The notes under the pieces are model-generated. The model saw only the letters and a program-made list of their open reading frames with translations, ran no database searches and was not told the origin of the DNA. 64,000 bases of DNA from Tubiluchus corallicola (lineage: Eukaryota > Animalia > Priapulida). Position 1 is the first letter of the stretch, and every line of letters starts with the position of its first letter. Location of the stretch: contig JAQGDQ010000153.1 in NCBI GenBank assembly GCA_030141605.1, positions 62,001 through 126,000 of the forward strand, in the 5' to 3' direction. Shown piece by piece: positions 52,601 through 64,000 of this stretch. Position numbers and translations under genes: made by a program.

Positions 52601-55600
52601 TTAAAAGGTAGAAAAGACTTATTTGCAAAAACTTTTAATGCAACATTTAGGTCTAAAATGCACAAATTGAAGTATCCTGATTGTTTTGCAGAGCACTGCC
52701 ATGAACTTCTACTGTGAATCAGAGTTATGTGTTCCTCAGTTCTAACTACTTTGTATGATGCTCAAATAGCTGAACATTGCTAGATTGATTTGATTTAGGA
52801 ACTTATTACATGTTTTCAGGAAGATGTTTTCAACAGCAGCACTCAGATACAGATAAAGGTACCAGATGACCTAAAGACTTGGTTAGTTGATGACTGGGAT
52901 CAAATAACTCGCCAGAATAAGGTAATGTATACTGGCAAGCAATGAAACGAAATAAACATTGTATGTGCTGTAATGAAAAGACCTTTGTTTCCAAAGTATA
53001 ACATTTTGTGTCAAAATGAAAAGACTGAGCAAGTGGAATAACTTTCTGTTTGACATGTTATAGTGAAAGGACATTATTTCCCTATGTAATGCTTTTGTAA
53101 AAATGAAACAATGAATTGAATCTGTTAGTACAGCCCTGATGTAGAGGTGCTATTTTCAAAGTGTACTGTCTGTGTTGAATTTACACATGTGATGAACGTT
53201 TTTAATTTCAACATAAAAGTTGGTGTTGGAAATTAACATTTGATTTCTGCTACGTATTTGTGGTTTTTGAGTGAGTTCAAGGACGCACATGGAACTTAAC
53301 ATGGAACAAGCTACAAAATGTAGAGTTGTGTTTGTTTTACAAAATACAAAGTTACGTTTTGCACTAAGACTTTCATGTTAGTCTTTTTGAACATAACCTC
53401 ACAACCCTATAAAAACAAACTTTTCTTAAAGACAAGAGTGCCATACTACAATCGTTTTTCGTATACACGCAAGTTTGCAACTTTTCCCCAGTAGCATACA
53501 AGCTTGGCAACCGCATACAAAAAATAATGTTAGTACGTATTGTTAGTGCTGACTTAATACGCTAGTATTATCTGTTACTCTCCATCTTGAGTTCTTTTTC
53601 TGTCATTGTTTATAAGGTTACACGAGTAATACAACAGTACTAATTAGATAAGCCACCTTGCTCACGGAATTACACAAATCAGAACAACCAGCGTGGGCAT
53701 CGAACTCGTGACCAATGGACTGAGCGCACTAGTACAGGCATTTGGTAATTTACACCACTGGAAGTAAACTTTGTAATCCCAAATGTGAAAATTCGTGTTT
53801 TGTATTGCTATAAAAAGTATTAAATGGCTGTTATTTTTGTGTGTTTCAGATTGTACAACTTCCTTCTAAGAATACTGTAGCCGAAATACTTGCTAGTTAC
53901 ATCAAGTATAGAACACTCAAGGATAAATCTGTCAGCAAGTGAGACTTAAGTTATCATATTTGGCTTTTGTATAACAGAAAGTTTCTCAATAAAAGCCAGT
54001 CATCTTTGGAGATGTTGTGATGGTGACAAATTGTTGTTGACTAATAAGTTTCAATTTGCATAATTTTTCTGAAAATATGCCTTATTCCAGAAAAAATTTC
54101 CATCTGTTTTTAAATAAGATGTTTATCTACCGATATTTTCTGTGGTGGCATGTATTTTTTCACATGCGTTAACACGGGTGTCTTTTTTAGGGCGTTATTG
54201 TTGTGGTATACTATATAGAATCACTTCAACAGTTAGCAGAGAGTTTCTGTTATAGTTGCAGAATGCTTTTTGACAACTGTAGGAATGGAATTGACATATG
54301 TCATGTGATTCTACCATCGCGATGGTCGTAGACTAGAACAATTTGTACTGTTGAGCACGTTTTACAATCACAAGCTGATTGTAGATTTTCATTGTAGTCA
54401 ATGTCGACAAGTTTCTATGTGATTTTGAGCTAGGCAGCATCAACACATTGCTTGAGTTTGTAACAGTGTATTTTGTCTTGTCTTGTGATGGCTAAAGTAT
54501 TTAATCAAAATAACACAGACTCATCAAGGTCACACACTCTATCCATGCTGCACACTATGCCACACCTGGAGTCATCAGGAGGAACCTGAATAGGATTTGC
54601 ATTCCGTGATTGTAAATATTTTAAATTCTTCAAAAATTTGTCAAGGGCCTATAGTGAAACATACTTTTGTCATGTGGGTGTATTTCTGACTGTGACTATG
54701 GTGATGTCATTTCAGAATCAGAATTTTCTGTTGTTTACAAGTAGCAGAAACACTCTATGGTTGTTAGAGTGAAAATAATGGAACAAATCGGCCTTGTATG
54801 GTTCATGTAGGTTTACGGTATATTTCGACACTGTTTTTTATTGGCAGTCTAATAATTTCCTGACCAATAGGCCATAACAAAATTGTCTCATATTATTGCT
54901 GTGACTGAAACAAGTACAAAATGTCAAGGCTTGGCAAGTAGGACTTAATGACTTCTAATGTGGGGTGCATTTAAAAAAATTGTAAAGATAATCTGGAATT
55001 GTGTACCATTTCTGTTTAAGACATTTATCTAATTTTGCATTGTTTTCAGGGACACGTGCCAGGAAATAACTGGAGGGATAACTGACTACTTTAACATTTT
55101 GCTTGGCAAGCAACTCCTGTATAAGTTTGAGCGACCTCAGTACAGCGAAGTAACAATTATTTTCTTGTTCATAGTTTTCTATAACAAATGATAGTGAAAC
55201 TTCTAGCCAGAAATGCAGTTAAAATTTGGGATCCTTTTTTACTTTGTACCTCATAAAGTATTTGTGAGATTACTGTTATGTCTCACCAGCAGCAGTGTGA
55301 CATACTGCAGAATATTTTGGAGTAGCGTTGCTATGAGAATTTGAAAATTATGTGTTTTATGATTTATTGTGCTCTTGGTCTATTAATATTGTAAGTTAAG
55401 AAAAAATTGGTAGCTTCCACTCTGGAGGTCATGGTACAATCTATATCATACATGAGAAATTCAAGCTAAACTCCTGCTTGTAAGCTTGTGGAGAAAGTCT
55501 CAATGGTAACTCGGTCATTTCGCCTCACAGTACCATTGTATTATGCATCGAGTATAACTCTTAACAGAAAGTTAAGTTTAATTAACACATTTTGAGAAAA

Positions 55601-57353
55601 CTTGTTGTTCTGTCCTGTTCTGTTTAGTTTTCAGTGCAGTTTTCGTATGTATCACTGATTGACTTACCTTCACTTATATGACTTACACTGACTAAATTTT
55701 AGGAAGTAGTGACTTATGATTATATTCCAGAAAGAACTTTAAAAGATTTAATGTTTTCTTGGCACTGTTTGTTATTTTAGTTCTCTTTATGTACATGAGG
55801 CATTCTTTGTTGAATTATTGTGTTTAAATTATAAATTCTGTTCCAGATCTTGCAAAAATATGGTGATAAGCCAATGAGTGAAATTTATGGGCCAATACAT
55901 CTTCTCAGATTATTTGGTATGCACTACAAAGTATTGTCGCAAGCTTAATGGTCTTAATGTTGTTGAGCTTCCTTATTTCATCACTAAAAAGTGATTGCAG
56001 CTATTAACTCTTCTGAGTTGTTACCCTACCATTTCTGTTTAATGGCTTAGACTTTCTGTTGATTTTCAGACGCCAACTGTTCATCAAGCCATTACAGTTG
56101 ATTTTCCCGAGTTGGCTGTGATCCTGACCAAGATCGGGATCAAATTATCTAATAAATTCTCAATGTACATAAATTCACAAGTTAAAACAGTTATTAAGTT
56201 TATACTATGACGTCATGAAACCACGATTGCTTCCTTGGGTAATATTATTCCTTGGTTCAGTTACATTAGTGTAGTCCCTCCATATACACTATAACATCAG
56301 GGTTGTTCCCATTGTAATTCTGACGCAGTGCGTAATGCTGTGTATTTGGCAGTTATTTATTTTACGTTAAGCATAGTAAAATAAAACGGAAAAACAGAAT
56401 AGGAATTCAGAAAATTTCTGTGAAGATTGATAAAAATGATCGCTTAGAATTTCGATGCTATCACACATTTTGAGAAAATGCTTGCAATTGTTTGTGCAAT
56501 CACAGAATTTGGTAGCAATCATTTTCAGTGTGACCATTATAGGCAAATATGCTTCTGGTTCATTTAACAATTTTCAATCGTGAGCGTTACAACCCCGGTG
56601 TGTGCACATACACTAATTTGAGGATAGTGGGTATTCATGATAGACTAGTGCATGCCACACTGTATTGCAAATTGCAAATTACGATAACACTGAATTAAAA
56701 ATAGGTGGGCAAAATTCAATAAGGTGCTACAGTTATCAGTTTTAACCAGTACACAAGTAAATAGACAAAACAAAATTGTTTTGTGGTATTCATGCATTTG
56801 AACAGTGAATACAAAGTTCCTAAACATCCGCGTATTATTGAATAAGAAAATCCATAGAACAATTCAAACATTATACTATAGTTACGCTTCGATTATTTTT
56901 AAAACTAAGAATTAGTAGGTCACAAGCCAGTGTGACTAATTGCATTATGTACAATAAATATAGTATCCACCATGAATTAATTGTACCTAATATTTTTTAA
57001 ATTTGATGCGAATTTAAACTTCATGTGGTATTCTGCAGGAGAAAAATGTGAAACAGTGTTGCATCGTACACCATCAAGTTCTGCAGGAATGTATTGTTTG
57101 TGCAGTTTCTGTGTATGCTTCTGTCTGGCTTCTTTTAACCACTGTTTTGTTAAAAATGTAATCACCTTGTGTTTTTCTTGTAGTTCGTCTGGGAAGCTAC
57201 CTTGCTTACAGCAGCCTGGACGAAAAGGCAGTTACCGTCGTCGTCAACCACTTGCATGACTTTCTCAAATATATGCAGCGCAATTCCACTACACTTTTCA
57301 GTCTGAATGACTACGTTACAGCATCACCTGAATACCACCGCAAAGCTTTGTGA
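46676..57353 (+). CDS. MORF4L1: MRG15 / mortality factor 4-like 1 (chromo-barrel + MRG domain; NuA4/Tip60 and Sin3-HDAC subunit), 326 aa, 11 exons
   Basis: Exons 46676-46706, 49631-49677, 50609-50676, 50901-50999, 51711-51817, 52126-52223, 52820-52921, 53850-53938, 55050-55149, 55847-55916, 57184-57353 (981 nt, all GT-AG, phase-consistent). Translation MPPKTAKFQPGEKILCFHGPLLYEAKC...YLVHYNGWNKNWDEWIPESRALK...LKTWLVDDWDQIT...GITDYFNILLGKQLLYKFERPQY...MSEIYGPIHLLRLFVRLG...ASPEYHRKAL*. Confidence 0.96.
47060..47460 (-). mobile_element. CR1-like LINE 3' fragment in MRG15 intron 1
   Basis: HFSRDSSVILPLYKNMIYHLLEYAVVVW and SQRVITSWNCLQSNITASESISKFK match CR1 ORF2 C-terminal motifs (LYKxxxRPHLEYxxxxW; FSQRVxxxWNxL). 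Confidence 0.7.
49094..49576 (+). mobile_element. pogo/Tc2-type Tc1/mariner non-autonomous element, 483 bp
   Basis: ~27-bp TIRs CCGTATTTTCCCGTGTATAAGAGACCC / GGGTCTCTTATACATGGGAAAATACGG, TA target duplication, repeated subterminal GGGTCTCTTATACA, and an internal acidic coding remnant. Confidence 0.9.
49961..50343. mobile_element. hAT-superfamily MITE, 383 bp
   Basis: Perfect 14-bp TIRs CAGGGCCTATTTCA / TGAAATAGGCCCTG and perfect 8-bp TSD GTCTCCTG (49953-49960, 50344-50351); GC-rich subtermini with GGGCCTC repeats. Confidence 0.93.
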
Positions 57354-57592
57354 TCACTGCAAAACAGTGTATTAGGTTTGGGTTTGTAGTAAGTTATTTT
57401 AGTATCATGGAACATACTTAAGTTAACAGACAGATGACAAGTACTTTGGTTTTCTTCTTCTGTTTACACTTGTTCACTTTGCGGAAGTACACCATTTTAC
57501 ATTCCATTTCCGTTTTATGTTCAGTTTATAATGTATTCGTTTTTCCATTTTGTACATTCATGATTTGCTATTAGTAGATATCTGATTTGATA

Positions 57593-57745
57593 CAGTTGAA
57601 TCCCGGTATTACGATTCGGCTTATAACAAAACTCTCAGTAGTACAGTGATAATCATATGTCCCTTCCAAGCTTATGGTAAACCTAATTAAACCTGTATAA
57701 TCACGTATGGTTACTACGAAACCCCGCTTTGTACGATGTTTTCCC
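57593..57745. mobile_element. Truncated Tigger/pogo-like MITE end in the MRG15 3' UTR region
   Basis: TA-CAGTTGAATCCCGGTATTACGA terminus is of the same CAGT(C/T)GAA/CAAACC class as 42782 and 58531; no partner TIR found. Confidence 0.4.
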
Positions 57746-57771
57746 AAAGTCCTGGCAGTATAATTATAACA

Positions 57772-57777
57772 AATAAA
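57772..57777 (+). terminator. Candidate polyadenylation signal (AATAAA) for MRG15
   Basis: First AATAAA I found downstream of the TGA at 57351-57353 (~420 nt away); not validated. Confidence 0.35.
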
Positions 57778-58019
57778 CAAATGTGATTTAGCAGCCTGAT
57801 GATTATTGATTTGTTCTTAGATTTTATCATTTAAGCTGCCCGCCCCATCTAGACTTTAGACACACTTCTGTTGCCACGGTGACTATAACCTGTAGTTGAA
57901 TGTCTTTAAGGTACGAACAAGCTGGGCATTATTATTAATCAATTAAAGAACTAACTTGAAATAAAATAGTAAGAAAAGCAACATTCCAATCAATTACAGC
58001 ACACATATTTTACATATTT

Positions 58020-58165
58020 ATCTCTCTCTCTCTCTCTCTACCTATCAATTTACCTATCACCTCTGTCTCTTTCTCTTCCCTCGCTGTCTTTCTGTCTCTC
58101 AACCTATCTGTTTACCCTTCCCCTCTGTCCTTTTCTCTTCCCCCGGTGTCTCTCTCTCTCTCTCT
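58020..58165. repeat. CT-rich low-complexity / imperfect tandem repeat
   Basis: (CT)n runs plus duplicated ACCTATC..TTTACC...CTCTGTC..TTTCTCTTCCC units. Confidence 0.8.
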
Positions 58166-58530
58166 GGCATCAAACTGTCTTGAAATCTCCAATGTTATTT
58201 CCAATGTTTACAAATTTCTCTCTCATTTAGCCATTGTCCTAAACGTAAGTGTACCTTAGTTTAGTACTTTAGTTTATGTTATTGATTCCATGAGGCAAGT
58301 GCAATTTGTGCAATAATGGTATTGCCAGCCAGCTATCAATCCTACTGGTAACAAAGTGGCCAGCTGGCCTCAACACAGGCCAGCCAACGGAAAATAGATG
58401 TGATAACGGAGGGTTAAATAATTACCAGTATGTTCAGTGCTCAAAATAAGACCAGTGTAGAGACTACTAATTATTGCTGTTTTACATTAAACGTAGCAGG
58501 TGCCTTTTGTAAAAATGCACATAACAGATA

Positions 58531-58710
58531 CAGTCGAACCCTGTTAGTACGGTTTTCTCAGGACCAAAATATTTCTTCGTATTAAGCAGGTTTCGTACTA
58601 TTACACATATTTTTACTTCTAATGTAAAATAGCATTTGACTGACATGTAGTCTCCTCTTCGGTTTTCTTTTGTAAGCTTGTTTAGCCCCCCGTTTCGCAT
58701 AAGTACAAAC
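58531..58710. mobile_element. Partial Tigger/pogo-like MITE
   Basis: TA-CAGTCGAACCCTGTTAGTACGG...GGACC...TTCGTATTAAGCAGGTTTCGTA left end typical of this MITE class; right end degenerate. Confidence 0.45.
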
Positions 58711-61379
58711 TGTAAAATTATATCAATGTATTACCAGTCAGTCCCTCTGGTTAGTAAGAAAGGGGTTAGTGGTGTCAGAGAGTCTGCGGTATGTTAATAC
58801 CGTGAATGTACAGTCTGTAATACATCACAATGCCCACCTATCCAACAAAACTTTACTACAGCCACTGCTATGGAATTACAATTGCATACGTGTAAGCGAG
58901 GCTAGGGGAAATTTTTATCCCAGTGGAAAGACGTTTTGGAAATCAACAATTTGACTTCATTAGTCGTTTGTACACTCGTTTCAATGATTAATTTTGAAGT
59001 TATAAAAATGTTTGACCTGAAAAAATCCGTCAAAGTAAAAATGAGCTGTAATTAACTCACATTTTATTACTTGAAGAAATCAGTAGTTTTACTGTTTTGC
59101 ATTCTTACAAGCAAAATTTGTAATGAGGTCATTCAAAGTTTGCACAGAACATTGAATACCTGGCTGAACGCATTGACTAATTTAAACCATCTTTAAAATT
59201 TAAACTAAACTATGACAAATGTTGCTACTGTATGACAACGTACGCGCATTACATTATGACACATAATGGTTGTAAAAACATAGCTGTGTTTACCGTGGCA
59301 ACAGGTGAAGTGCCTATAGTCTAGATCGGGCAGGGTCACAGCAGAAATTGTATCAAGTATTTATTTGTATTGAAATTTTAATGGCGGGACTTTGGGAAAA
59401 TGGCAGGACTGTTTTTAAGTTTTTGTGAGCATTCTGCATGATTGGTATTATTTAAAAGTAAAACGACTGTATAACTACTGCATTTGTTGTTCCATATCCT
59501 ATTTTTGTATAAGTTTTGGCTATTGTTAGCATTTTGTACTCATATTTTAAAGCCTATGTTTGAAAAGTGCACTTTGGCATTTTTGTGGTAACTAGTAGCA
59601 TAGTCTCAATTTATTTGTTTCATTTAACATTTTCAGAGTGCCACGAAAAGTCTAATAAATGCAAGGTAATATACAGTTCCTACTTTCCAACCTCAAAGGT
59701 TTTCAGAGACACTAGCCTCTTTTTTAGGAAGATTTTCAAACATACTCGTGCATGTCTCTAAGTATATTAACGTTATAGTGACTTTTATATGTAGCCTATT
59801 TATCTGTATTACATCGCAATTTCTTGTATAGAATACTAATTTACTTTGCTGTGAAGTTCATAACTAAATGAAGCATTTTGTATAAAATTTACTTTTGCAC
59901 GTGCAGTTTTATTAATGTAATGTCTCGAGTGTTTCTTTTGGGCACGGGACATGGCGCTGGCAACCAAGTGTCTAGCACCCAAATGTCTAATCACCTTTTG
60001 GGGTGTTTTGTTTTGGCAGTCAAGTACCTGATTGTTACTAGAATTTGTACACCAAGATCATCTAAAGTTACCAAGGTGAGAGTGCAGTGGCAGTGCTAAT
60101 TTGCACTTGTACTTAAAAATCTGGTCATCAAATATCGGATAATTGCGCATGTATCCAAATAATGGTCAAAACTGTTAATTATATCAACTTCACATAACAC
60201 GAAATTATGCAGAAAAAATGCATTTATCAGTGGAATTGAATCAGATTCAAATGATGGGTACAGTGCTTTGCTTTCTCAGCTTCAGCAGACTAGACTGTAT
60301 TTGTAACACTTTCAGATATCTTTACTGTTTCAACAAGACGAATAATCAAATGACAAAAAACATAAAATCTATCAAGAATTTTTCTAAGATACAATTTATT
60401 TTATGACAAAAATGGCAACAGTATTGCCAGTATACCACTGCTTCATAGTCGCTCAAGCAACAGATGCAGGTTGATAGCTAAGGTACGGAATATAGTGTTA
60501 GGAACAAGTAAAATAAATGTACTGACATCAAAGAAAAAATAACAATTACGACAAAAGTACTTACACATATATCACTTATGTTTTTACATAGATGCCATAA
60601 TAACTTGTAATTTTCCCTTTTTTTAATATTTAGGGACATAATCATTATAATCATGTGTATGCATATACTATAACTATAAAAGTATAAAGTACCTAAAATC
60701 TGAGCATATTTAACTAGGTTTAGGAGTGTAGGATTTTTATCTAATAAGAATTGTAAAAACAACAGAAAAAAATTCAGACGTATTAAAAAATAGGCCCATC
60801 TGTAAAATACTATTTCAGCCATTGTTTATCGTCTGTTGAGTTAAAAATTTAGTTGTTGTAAAAAGAAATCTTTGAAGCGTTCACAGAAATATAATTAAAG
60901 CACATATAGAGATACAAAGTTATTAAAATTATAATAAAAGCAAACGAGCAATGGGTGTACATGAAATTAAAGCAGTCTAGCAAAGATGCATTCAGACTAC
61001 TACCCAATATACTAATTTGCCTAGGACAATTTTAAACAGTGATTATATCAAGTGAACTACATCATTAACTACGTGACCATGTTAAATTTGTTAGCTCTTG
61101 TGCATCATTTTAGTTTATCACTGCTCCTTTTAATTTTTCACAGATAGCACTCATGTTAATAATCAAATACTGCCACACTATTAGAATTACAAAAAATGAT
61201 GTGTGTATTCTGGGCCATTCCACACTTCTGACAAAATCACCTGTGCCTTGTAACCTATCTAGTCTATATCACCAGCATTTATAATACAATATTCATGTAA
61301 ATTCTATGCAAAAGCAGCAAACGCAAGCTATGATGGTAGACTCATTCAGCAAAAGATGTCGTAACTTGTCGACAGATGT

Positions 61380-61462
61380 TTAATATCCAGACAACTCCTG
61401 GAAGGTAAGGTCTAACTCTTCGCTAATGGCCTTATACTTCTCCTTCTCATGCACCAATTCAT
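61380..61462 (-). CDS. TPM: Tropomyosin alternative terminal exon, muscle-type (27 aa)
   Basis: Acceptor ...ccttgcag|, phase 1: (D)[26 protein letters not shown]. This is the canonical 27-residue C-terminal exon of invertebrate muscle tropomyosins. Upstream exons lie beyond the window end. Confidence 0.92.
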
Positions 61463-62612
61463 CTGCAAGGAAACCCTTTTGTAACAACTTTGGGCATGAT
61501 CAAGTACACCACAGAATGGTACTGAGAACTTGCAGGACAGACAACAATATAACAGCATTGCAGTCTTTGTTTTTGGTTTTTAATATGCATGAATTTGTTA
61601 CAGTAAGTAATTGTAGCAATAATAAATTGCACAAAAACTGATTTTGGTAAAAACCAACAGTACTTTTTCTAAGGGAATGCAAATGCACCCCCTTGATAAA
61701 TTAAATTTTAGTAGATATTTTATAGAGAGAGGTACTACGGACATACAACTTAAATGTATTGCAGTAGTGAATTTAGAAAAATTTTCACAAAGGAGATGCA
61801 AAAACCAAAAACGTAGATGCCAAAAAATCAAGAATTTAAAATACAGAAATGAAATAAAGTGGGTTAATAAGAAGTAGAAACAGCCAATGTGAATCACCTG
61901 TGCTCAGAATACTGAAATAAAGAAAACTTTTATTAAAGCATTGCTGAAAATAAAGTGAAGCAAGACTGAAATAAAGAGCGAGTAAGTTTTATTCATAGTA
62001 ATAGACGAGGTATAGTGGTTAAGCTGGTCATCTTACATACTCAAGCCAACATAGAACAGACTGAGGTTAAATGCTAAAGCCTTAAGACAGTATGGAATAG
62101 AAGATTCGTCTATTTTAGACTGTTATCAAAATTCTTCATGTCAGTTATTATAGACTAAGCAGTGCAGATTAGCAAGTTACCACCATGCAGCATTTTGAGT
62201 ACTAAAAAAGTTAATAAAAGCTGAATTACTAGCGGATAATTTCTTTACGTGACAAAAACAATAAAAATAACTCCCAGAACAGAAAGATTTCAGCAAAGTG
62301 AAGTTATTTAAAGCAGCTTTCTGGATATACCTACTAAGAGTAACAATTTAACAAACTGGCAAAAATAGATACAGCTACAAAACTGGATGAAAAGTATTGT
62401 GCCCAGGGAACATTGCAAGATAAATATGGATATGAACAGGATTAATTTGAAATATTATAAGTAAGCATTTGCAAGACATTTACAAAAAAGTAGTTTTTCC
62501 ACTGTAACAAAATGTCCAGCACACACTTATGAAATTGGCCATTGTCCATTGGTCACCGAGAGTGGTGACTGATTATGATGGTCAACCGGTGATGTACAGG
62601 TTCATGCAAACC

Positions 62613-62698
62613 TTAGTTAGCTGATACTATGTCTTGCAAAGTCGCTTCCATGTCATCGTTCAGAGCCTTGCGTTTTTGTCGCTCTATCAACAGGTCAT
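62613..62698 (-). CDS. TPM: Tropomyosin alternative terminal exon, cytoplasmic/non-muscle type (28 aa)
   Basis: Acceptor ...gcgtttatag|, phase 1: (D)DLLIERQKRKALNDDMEATLQDIVSAN*. Same phase and similar length to the muscle exon; resembles protostome cytoplasmic ends of the 'EEMEATLxDI' type. Confidence 0.82.
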
Positions 62699-64000
62699 CT
62701 ATAAACGCAACCACACAAACACAATGCTTTGTTAATGCAAACAATCAAACACGTGAATTCTAAACACAACATGCTTTTAGTTATTTTAAATGTAAATACA
62801 AACGATAATAGAAATATCAAATAAAAATAACTGCAAAACCAAGTCTGGTGTTAAATTATTTAAATTTAAGAATTCTTTATAAAACGATTCACTAAACTGC
62901 CACTTACAAGTCATAATTCAGAAGCATGCTTGTTAGAAACGAAAGAAAAATTATAATTTTTTGGTAACTTGTGAGAAAGTAATGTACGCATTCAATGAAG
63001 AAACTCTTTCTTGTTTCTTATGATTCATTATTCTACAGTAAGACGTTGCTCATCTATGTAGCACCTTACTTAGATCTAACAGCAATTCAGCAAGCTACTC
63101 TCTCGCTTAACTGTGACTGTTCAATTTTAAAGATGCCCATTTGGCCTTACCTGAAACACTAAAAACATCCACTAATAACATAAATCTAATAAAAGAATTG
63201 TTGCATTTCATTTTATTCCCGACTCTTATCCATCCTATCTTCTATGACAGAATTTATTGCTGGACATTGCTACTTGTGCACCTGTACACACTGTAACTAC
63301 ATAATAGCTGTCTTTCCAGTCCCAACTGTCACTATTTTCATTTGCAATTGAGCTGCCAAAGGAACACAGCATTTAAATTGTTATCGTAAAACAGAAACAG
63401 AAATTCGCAACACTAGAGATTAGATCATTTAGAAACCCAAGTTTAGAATTTTACAAACTATTTCATGTATAGTAACAGCAATGACATTAATGTTATTTGT
63501 AATTCTATGCAGAGTGTGTGGTAACCTTTACAACAAAGAAATTGTTTTGCATTATGCATCTACACCATTGGCTAAAAAAATTACCATTGCCAACAGGTCG
63601 CAAAAGTTTTATGATCAAGATGGTGGAACATCTTAAACCAAACAACAACTCAGTAGTAGTAACAGTACAGCAAAAACAGAATTCTGAAGTTTAGTCAATT
63701 TGTGGCTTGTTATTTTTAATTTATCCAAATAATATGGAAAGTAAAGGAGGACAAATCAGTTGCACACGGTTGTGATAAACCTTTATATGATGACCTCTTA
63801 TATAAAAACCAGCTAGTATGAAAAGTGTTGGTAGTGTTGGTTGCCAAAATGGACCGAATAATTTGAGTCACTCTGTTGCACAAGTTTAAATTTTAGAGTT
63901 ACTGGGGAGTTGTTACAGACAACAAACAAAATCTTCAGTGCTATAAACAAATTTGTTAATTTCAACTATCACATTCACGTTTAGCAAACTTCAAACAACA

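Noticed and set aside
56298-56597. Possible hAT MITE (CAGGGTTGT ... ACAACCCCG)
   Set aside because: Only ~9 bp of imperfect TIR and no matching 8-bp TSD.
61898-61911. 14-nt exon-like segment (tttatttcag|TATTCTGAGCACAG|gtgatt) between the tropomyosin terminal exons
   Set aside because: Not frame-preserving, stops after two residues and has a weak donor; likely chance.
1-64000. Prokaryotic-type systems (CRISPR arrays, operons, defence islands), rRNA or intact tRNA genes
   Set aside because: The window is spliceosomal-intron-containing animal DNA. I saw no regularly spaced repeat-spacer arrays, rRNA-like sequence or complete cloverleaf.

Overview
AT-rich, intron-rich animal (invertebrate, protostome-like) genomic DNA; no prokaryotic features. 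Hand-assembled GT-AG exon chains give three genes. (1) A complete minus-strand centrosomin/CDK5RAP2/myomegalin-family gene (1828-45099; 33 phase-consistent coding exons, 15,426 nt, ~5,141 aa). It has CM1/gamma-TuNA, a Cnn-type leucine zipper, an SxIP-type EB1 motif and CM2, and includes a 7,825-nt giant exon. (2) A complete plus-strand MRG15/MORF4L1 gene (46676-57353; 11 exons, 326 aa), head-to-head with gene 1. (3) The 3' end of a minus-strand tropomyosin gene with at least two alternative terminal exons. Introns carry decayed non-LTR retrotransposons, hAT/pogo/piggyBac-type MITEs, tRNA-derived fragments and microsatellites. The most unusual element is the very large centrosomin, whose giant exon carries an unnamed helical repeat and many LC8-type motifs. 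All calls come from manual reading and remembered family motifs; no searches were run.
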